Positions 58,696-64,000 of a stretch of DNA of 64,000 nt are shown one piece after another. The notes beneath the pieces are model-generated. The model saw nothing but the letters and a program-made list of their open reading frames with translations, did not search any database and was not told the origin of the DNA. Location: sequence record SRR20825019_361. One strand, given 5' to 3'. Position numbers and translations under genes: made by a program. Numbering within the stretch: position 1 is the stretch's first letter; every line of letters starts with the position of its first letter.

Positions 58696-60032
58696 TTAAT
58701 GCTAAGTGTTTCTGGAATAAAGTTTTGAATGGGGAACGTAATCCTACCATGCAACGATTTGTCTAAGGTGGAATCTAAATAGAAGTGCACAGGAACTTGG
58801 TTGATTGTCACCATACCGCTATTTGCGCCGTTATTTAACATTCTTGGTGCGGATTTACTCGTGTAGAAAGACATTGAAACGTCATTCTTTGAAAAGTAAA
58901 CGGGAGGTGAGAATAGCAAGCGAAATTTCTTGGAATCTTTTGTAATAATTCCTTTAATAAATAGCTTATTGATCAACTCGTCTCGTTGTTCATTCATGGA
59001 TAAATAAAGTGCAAATCCGGAAATTTTAACGTCTTTATACTTGGTTACCTCCGTAATGTTAAAGTTTTCGTCAAATTCAGATTCTATATATTTCTCTTGA
59101 ATCGTTTGAATTCCTCCTTGGCGGAAGGCTAAATCACCATTCCAAGCATTCAGAAAATCTTGAAGGGGAAAACTAACTTTCTTTCCTAGTTTTTGGAGAT
59201 ACATATAGATGGGATCATTCGGACGTTGACGCAATTTCTCAATGTCTAAATGAATGTTTACGAGACTTTTTGTAAAATCTTCTGATTTGAGTGAAGGGCC
59301 AGAATTCCTTAGTTCAAATGAGAGCGAATCAAACTGTGTTACACACGTGTGTAAGGTAATGTTAGAAGAATCACTTGTAGCACCCACCAGAATTGATTGC
59401 AAACCACTTTTTTGTAATGGTTCATTGATCACCTGAAAACTAAGATGCTTATCGTTGTACAACGTAAGGTTGAGGAAATTTCTCCATCTCGGGGAAATGC
59501 CGTTCAGCTTTGCGCTCATCACCGTATTCAAATAAACGTGGTTTGGTTTATCTTTGCAAATAAGGAGCCAATCCTTACCGTAAGCGAGTGTAATATCTTG
59601 TCTAAAATTGTAATACACGCGTTGACCTGAAAAAACAGAATCGCTCATCGGAAGGATCTTTCGAATGCGATCGATTCCATCACGAACTTTACTGCTATCC
59701 TTAACGGAAATCATAATTCCCCACGTCGAGATGTCCTTGCCTTTTTCATTGGCGAAGAAGTAAACGGGACTTTGCAGATCGAGACCGTAGCCTTTTCCTT
59801 GGCTAAGAATAAACTCGGGAGAAACGAAGTCTCTAAAGGCAGCTTTACTTTTGAAAATCGCGGGCTGGAGGATTTTGGATAATTCCAACACGTTCGATTT
59901 TCCAACGATACTTGCTTCTGGCAAACGGTCAAAGAAACGAGGAGGAATGTCTTTATTTCGCCATGGTTTCAAATAAAGCAATCCTGCAAAAATAACAGCT
60001 AAAATCGCAATGATTACAAGATTTCTTGCCAT
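58692..60032 (-). CDS. Hypothetical membrane-anchored protein, DUF4836-like
   Basis: N-terminal TM anchor; GLDLQSPVYFF and ESEFDENFNITEV motifs. Confidence 0.7.
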   Translation of the reverse strand: MARNLVIIAILAVIFAGLLYLKPWRNKDIPPRFFDRLPEASIVGKSNVLELSKILQPAIFKSKAAFRDFVSPEFILSQGKGYGLDLQSPVYFFANEKGKDISTWGIMISVKDSSKVRDGIDRIRKILPMSDSVFSGQRVYYNFRQDITLAYGKDWLLICKDKPNHVYLNTVMSAKLNGISPRWRNFLNLTLYNDKHLSFQVINEPLQKSGLQSILVGATSDSSNITLHTCVTQFDSLSFELRNSGPSLKSEDFTKSLVNIHLDIEKLRQRPNDPIYMYLQKLGKKVSFPLQDFLNAWNGDLAFRQGGIQTIQEKYIESEFDENFNITEVTKYKDVKISGFALYLSMNEQRDELINKLFIKGIITKDSKKFRLLFSPPVYFSKNDVSMSFYTSKSAPRMLNNGANSGMVTINQVPVHFYLDSTLDKSLHGRITFPIQNFIPETLSIN

Positions 60033-60037
60033 TCAAT

Positions 60038-61930
60038 TTATTTTGAAATAACGTATAAACTATTGATTAGATCAAGAATGTATGTTCCAGCGGTATCCGA
60101 TTTTTGGTCAAACGTGTATGTCATGTGCATGTCCGTTTTCGCTTTGGTTGTTGCCGAACTTGTTATTTCTAGTGCTCCAGATTTTCCTCTGATCACATCT
60201 AAAATTTGATTTTCTTGATCGTTGAACAACCCACGTGGAATATTCTCAATTGCTTTTCCAAGGTCAGCGTATCCGTACATTATTCCGCTTTTACGTGCTT
60301 TTTTCCCTTGCTTTTTAGACAACGCATTTGATCCGTAACCAGAATTGTGATTTTGTGCTAAATCAGCATCATTTGTCACAATGAAAAGATCATTTTTAAC
60401 GATAAGATACATTGGTGCAGCATCTAGAATTGCATTGTCAATTTGCCAGTAGTTTCCTTCGTCGTGCAATTCTGGAATAAGTGAACTCAATCGTTTAAGC
60501 ACTTTTTGAGGGATATCGCTACGCTCAGTAGTAAATCCCATTACAAAAATCGGCATGTCTTCTTCAGCCTCTTCTTCACGCTCAACATAATCGAAAGTGT
60601 CTTCGTTGTATTCAAAAACAATTTTCTTCGTCTTGATTTTCTGGATTCCGTTGTACGTTCCAAACATACTTCCTTGATACACACCAAAAATCGCATCCTT
60701 GTTCAGTAATTCGTCCAAGAGTTCAATTGCGAGAAGATTTCCAGCGAGTGGAGCACCAGCTTCGGTCAACATTGGAACAACGATGTCATACGCTTGCTCG
60801 TAAGCCTTGCGCATATTAATGTTGTACGTGAAGTAAGAATTGTTGTTTTTATGAATGTATTTGAGAACATTCTTGTCGAACTTCGTATTGGTCATTTCTT
60901 GATAAATGGAACCGAGCTTCTCACCGTAGTTCATTGTCAATTTTAGATCAATCTTATTTTCATCGAGTACTAAATCTCCCAGAATTACATTTCCTTCATA
61001 CAATTCTTCTAAGTCTTCGATGAGTCCAGAATACATGGAAGTCATTGTCCAGAACGTACTCGTTTTTCTAAAGTTTCTTGAGTTATCTAGGTAAAATACT
61101 CCTTCCGACTTATGCGTTAGCTGTTGTGCAAAGGCTTTATCGGAATTAATTAGTGTTTTATTTTCAATAAACAGTTCATCACATAATCTTTTCAAGTATT
61201 CAGTTTGCAATACAGCTTCGACAGAATCTCGAAGCTCATAATATGTTTTTTGGGTTGGATCGGCATCTGCAATTGGAAATTCTTCCATATTGATCGGCGT
61301 AGAAGTATGTTCTTCCAACTCCATGTCTTCAAAAAATTCAATTTGATCGTCGAAATCGTCATCCAAAGGTTCTTCCACCCCTTCTTCATCCATCATATCG
61401 TAATACTGATCGTCGTAGTACCAAGGATAATCGTTTCCGCGAGCATACCAGATTGAGTCTGTAATTTCATTCACCAACTCGATGTGTGGGTTTACTCTGA
61501 ATAAAATAGCACTGTTTCCTCTAATCGCAACACGGTTGAAGTAAGAGCTAAACATATCAACTCCTGGATAATCGCTCTTTTCGGGTTGGTAATCATCAAA
61601 AACATCAAACAATTGAAGTCGATTGCTTACGCCAAATGTGAACCCAGTAATTGTGAAGTTTTTATTCTTTCCTTGAAAAATATTCATTCGTTGATCAAAA
61701 TCAATGCCCGAATCCTTCAATGTTCTCCCATTTGTAGAGCCGTCAAAGAGTTCTTGCTGCAACTCCTCCATGAACTCATATTTCACTAAATCGTCAATGG
61801 AGATTTTTTGTAAAAGACTCACATTATTAATGCTAAACACAGAAACTGCGTCTTTTGGAACAAGGTTTTCGGACTGCGAGAAACATCCAATTGAAAATAG
61901 GAGGAATGCGACTGTTAAATTTCGTTTCAT
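60038..61930 (-). CDS. Hypothetical exported protein, DUF4836-like, with an acidic insert
   Basis: Signal peptide; GIDFDQRMNIF and FEYNEDTFDYVE motifs; TAACTTTG box at 61972-61979. Confidence 0.72.
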   Translation of the reverse strand: MKRNLTVAFLLFSIGCFSQSENLVPKDAVSVFSINNVSLLQKISIDDLVKYEFMEELQQELFDGSTNGRTLKDSGIDFDQRMNIFQGKNKNFTITGFTFGVSNRLQLFDVFDDYQPEKSDYPGVDMFSSYFNRVAIRGNSAILFRVNPHIELVNEITDSIWYARGNDYPWYYDDQYYDMMDEEGVEEPLDDDFDDQIEFFEDMELEEHTSTPINMEEFPIADADPTQKTYYELRDSVEAVLQTEYLKRLCDELFIENKTLINSDKAFAQQLTHKSEGVFYLDNSRNFRKTSTFWTMTSMYSGLIEDLEELYEGNVILGDLVLDENKIDLKLTMNYGEKLGSIYQEMTNTKFDKNVLKYIHKNNNSYFTYNINMRKAYEQAYDIVVPMLTEAGAPLAGNLLAIELLDELLNKDAIFGVYQGSMFGTYNGIQKIKTKKIVFEYNEDTFDYVEREEEAEEDMPIFVMGFTTERSDIPQKVLKRLSSLIPELHDEGNYWQIDNAILDAAPMYLIVKNDLFIVTNDADLAQNHNSGYGSNALSKKQGKKARKSGIMYGYADLGKAIENIPRGLFNDQENQILDVIRGKSGALEITSSATTKAKTDMHMTYTFDQKSDTAGTYILDLINSLYVISK

Positions 61931-62000
61931 GAATGAAAATTGGACCCTAGTTTTAGGGTTAAAATGTAGATCAAAGTTACAAATAATCTATTTGTAGTTA

Positions 62001-62672
62001 TTAATCCGCCAGATAAATAGTATTATCGAGAATACTGGTATTTTGAATCACTGAATAGATGTCTTTTCGAATCATAACAGCCTTTTTATTCTTGGCTATC
62101 GTAGCGGTTGAATTTTCGCAAGATCGAATTTCATCATTGAAGCGAGTAATAGAAGTATAAAACGCATTTTTTAACTCACTGACTTCCTCAGCTTTCAGTT
62201 GCGACGCACGTTCTATTTTTATTTTAGGAATCGAACGGTTAAAGGCATCATCCGAAATTGAAACCCATGAAGCATCTAATTCTTTGATGACTTTCTCTTT
62301 GCTTTCTTTTCTAACAACTTCTTTTATCGCCTTTTGTAAACTTTCGATGGATTTAAAATCAAAAGACAATTTGAAAACGTAGTCTGTATAGTTCGGATCA
62401 AAAGTTAACTCACTAATTCCTTCTTGAAGCCCCAAAGAACTTACGACTGTATTGATCCGCGCAATAATTTCATCTTTCGACGGAACTCGCTTGCCATCAA
62501 GACTGTCCAAAGCTAGGTAGGAGTTGATTTTTACTTTGCTAGAACTAAAGTTCACGGTGTATTTAAATGTACCCGACCCATCCGAATTTATCGTAAGGTC
62601 ATCAATGATTTCTATGCAACTCGTAAGAAGCAAGACCATTGCAACAAAGGAAAAGGAAAGCCAACGTTTCAT
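62001..62672 (-). CDS. Hypothetical lipoprotein
   Basis: Lipobox LTSC; IEIIDDLTINSDGSG. Confidence 0.8.
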   Translation of the reverse strand: MKRWLSFSFVAMVLLLTSCIEIIDDLTINSDGSGTFKYTVNFSSSKVKINSYLALDSLDGKRVPSKDEIIARINTVVSSLGLQEGISELTFDPNYTDYVFKLSFDFKSIESLQKAIKEVVRKESKEKVIKELDASWVSISDDAFNRSIPKIKIERASQLKAEEVSELKNAFYTSITRFNDEIRSCENSTATIAKNKKAVMIRKDIYSVIQNTSILDNTIYLAD

Positions 62673-62676
62673 GATG

Positions 62677-62684
62677 TAAAATTA
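62677..62684 (-). promoter_or_regulatory. Variant -7 element TAATTTTA, 4 nt before the ATG
   Basis: TAATTTTA-CATC-ATG. Confidence 0.45.
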
Positions 62685-62761
62685 GTTATTTCTTGATAGT
62701 CAAAAACAGTGCCGCTTAATGAATGTTTTACCAGAAGAAAGCGAACGGAGCAGTCACTACT

Positions 62762-62793
62762 TTTGTGTCACGTGCGAAATCTGATTATCTTTG
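62762..62793 (+). promoter_or_regulatory. Complete Bacteroidota housekeeping promoter TTTG-N20-TATCTTTG
   Basis: -33 TTTG at 62762-62765 and -7 box at 62786-62793, upstream of the RidA-family gene. Confidence 0.8.
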
Positions 62794-62808
62794 CACAAAA
62801 TAGTAATT

Positions 62809-63243
62809 ATGGCAAGCGAACAACGTATTTCAACAGATCGAGCTCCTAAGCCAGTGGGATTATATCCTCATGCACGAAAGGTAGGTAATTTATTGTTTCT
62901 TTCAGGTGTTGGTCCACGCGTAGCGGGTTCTGATGCTACGGATTCCGCGGTTCCAGGGTTAGAACTCGATAAAAACGGAAACTTTCTAAAGTTTGATTTT
63001 GAGGCGCAATGTCGAAGTGTTTTTGACAATGTTCGCATTATTTTGGAAGAATCGGGGTCAAGTTGGGATCAACTAGTGGATGTAACAGTGTTTTTGGTAG
63101 ATATGAAACGCGATTTTCAAGCATATAATCGCATTTATGCTGAATATTTCAAAGATAACCTTCCATGCCGAACAACGGTTGAGATAAATTCATTGCCTAC
63201 ACCGATTGCTATTGAGTTAAAATGTATTGCAACAATTGATTAA
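62809..63243 (+). CDS. RidA/YjgF family protein (possibly 2-aminomuconate deaminase type)
   Basis: APKPVGLYPHA, LFLSGVGPR, PCRTTV, IELK; ATG 62809. Confidence 0.9.
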   Translation: MASEQRISTDRAPKPVGLYPHARKVGNLLFLSGVGPRVAGSDATDSAVPGLELDKNGNFLKFDFEAQCRSVFDNVRIILEESGSSWDQLVDVTVFLVDMKRDFQAYNRIYAEYFKDNLPCRTTVEINSLPTPIAIELKCIATID

Positions 63244-63246
63244 ATT

Positions 63247-63825
63247 ATGATTGGATTTATTATTCGCTGTGTATTAGCAGCGGCTTCTTTGGTTTTTACT
63301 GGACTTTTATTCTATAACGGATATTGGGGTTGGGGAATTGTAATGATTTTGGTAACTGCTATTGTCGGCTTTTCGTTCTTTAGAAATGAAAACATGATCC
63401 TTGCGCTGAATCAAATGCGTTTAGGAAATACGGATAAAGCGAAACATTACATCAATAAAATTACCTACCCACAACTGCTTCCTAAAAAGCAACATGCATA
63501 CGTTGAGTTTTTGCAGGCTGTTCTTGGTACACAAGAATTGGGATTTGCCAGAAGTGAACAAAAATTGCGTAAGGCAATTTCAATGGGATTGAGAACAGGA
63601 CAAGATAATGCCGTTGCTAGAATGCACTTGGCAGGAATTTGTGCTCAAACTGGACGTGGAAAAGAAGCTCTTTCGTTATTGGCTGAAGCGAAAAAATTGG
63701 ATTCATCAGGAATGATGAAGGATCAAATTTCGCAAATGCAAAAGCAGTTAAAGGTGGCCCCTTCAAAGAATCAAATGCGGATGGCTCAAATGATGGGCGG
63801 ACGTAAGAAGATGCCAAGAAGATAG
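63247..63825 (+). CDS. Membrane protein with two N-terminal TM helices and a TPR-like helical domain
   Basis: Hydrophobic N-terminus; A.MHLAGI......KEALSLLAEAKKLD. Confidence 0.75.
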   Translation: MIGFIIRCVLAAASLVFTGLLFYNGYWGWGIVMILVTAIVGFSFFRNENMILALNQMRLGNTDKAKHYINKITYPQLLPKKQHAYVEFLQAVLGTQELGFARSEQKLRKAISMGLRTGQDNAVARMHLAGICAQTGRGKEALSLLAEAKKLDSSGMMKDQISQMQKQLKVAPSKNQMRMAQMMGGRKKMPRR

Positions 63826-64000
63826 ATGTTGGAAGATCGCTTGTATACCACGGGGTGGGAAGATTACGAACTCATCGACGCTGGTGGAGGCAAGAAATTG
63901 GAACGCTGGGGGAAGATTATTACGATTCGCCCAGAACTACAAGCGTATTTTAAGTCAGAAAAACCCTTTACGGAATGGAATAAGCTCGCGCATTGGGAGT
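63826..64000 (+). CDS. Class I SAM-dependent methyltransferase (RlmI-like), 5' part only
   Basis: Translated by hand: MLEDRLYTTGWEDYELIDAGGGKKLERWGKIITIRPELQAYF..., open to the window end. Confidence 0.75.
   Translation, partial: MLEDRLYTTGWEDYELIDAGGGKKLERWGKIITIRPELQAYFKSEKPFTEWNKLAHWE

Noticed and set aside
60516-60529. ACTGAGCGTAGCGA (minus strand) resembling the REP core
   Set aside because: Partial match with no paired arms, inside ordinary coding sequence; likely chance.
61944-61959. Small hairpin acccta-gttt-tagggt in a 5' UTR
   Set aside because: 6-bp stem without a U-tract or alternative pairing; too little to call a regulatory element.
62700-62714. Sigma54-like CGGCAC-N5-TTGA upstream of the lipoprotein gene
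   Set aside because: Two departures from TGGCAC-N5-TTGC and no supporting context.

Overview
This AT-rich window is from a Bacteroidota chromosome. The evidence is the SprA translocon, four T9SS-CTD cargo proteins and many TAnnTTTG -7 promoter boxes; gene content suggests Flavobacteriales, possibly Crocinitomicaceae-like (inference). It is mostly core and peptide/amino-acid catabolic genes: dxs, ileS, recJ, phhA-phhB, two aldehyde dehydrogenases, gcdH, hemW, hemD, cobB, maeB-ruvA-sprA, PIN-PhoH and RidA. I saw no rRNA, tRNA, CRISPR array, transposase or prophage. The main finding is an unannotated 22-aa Tyr-rich leader peptide (MMTTNAYNYYRIQHNGIETDMR) upstream of phenylalanine hydroxylase. 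It has its own promoter and mutually exclusive protector/antiterminator/terminator hairpins, making it a candidate tyrosine-sensing attenuator. Other findings: a REP-like palindromic element with tandem partial copies inserted in-frame in the ileS editing domain, with an identical 17-bp core at an intergenic site; four genes whose promoter spacing predicts leaderless mRNAs; a ~155-nt imperfect hairpin upstream of ileS; a stand-alone E2-type acyltransferase coupled to a fatty-acid hydroxylase; a PNGase F-like domain split by a LamG-containing insert; and a frameshifted NTF2-like gene.
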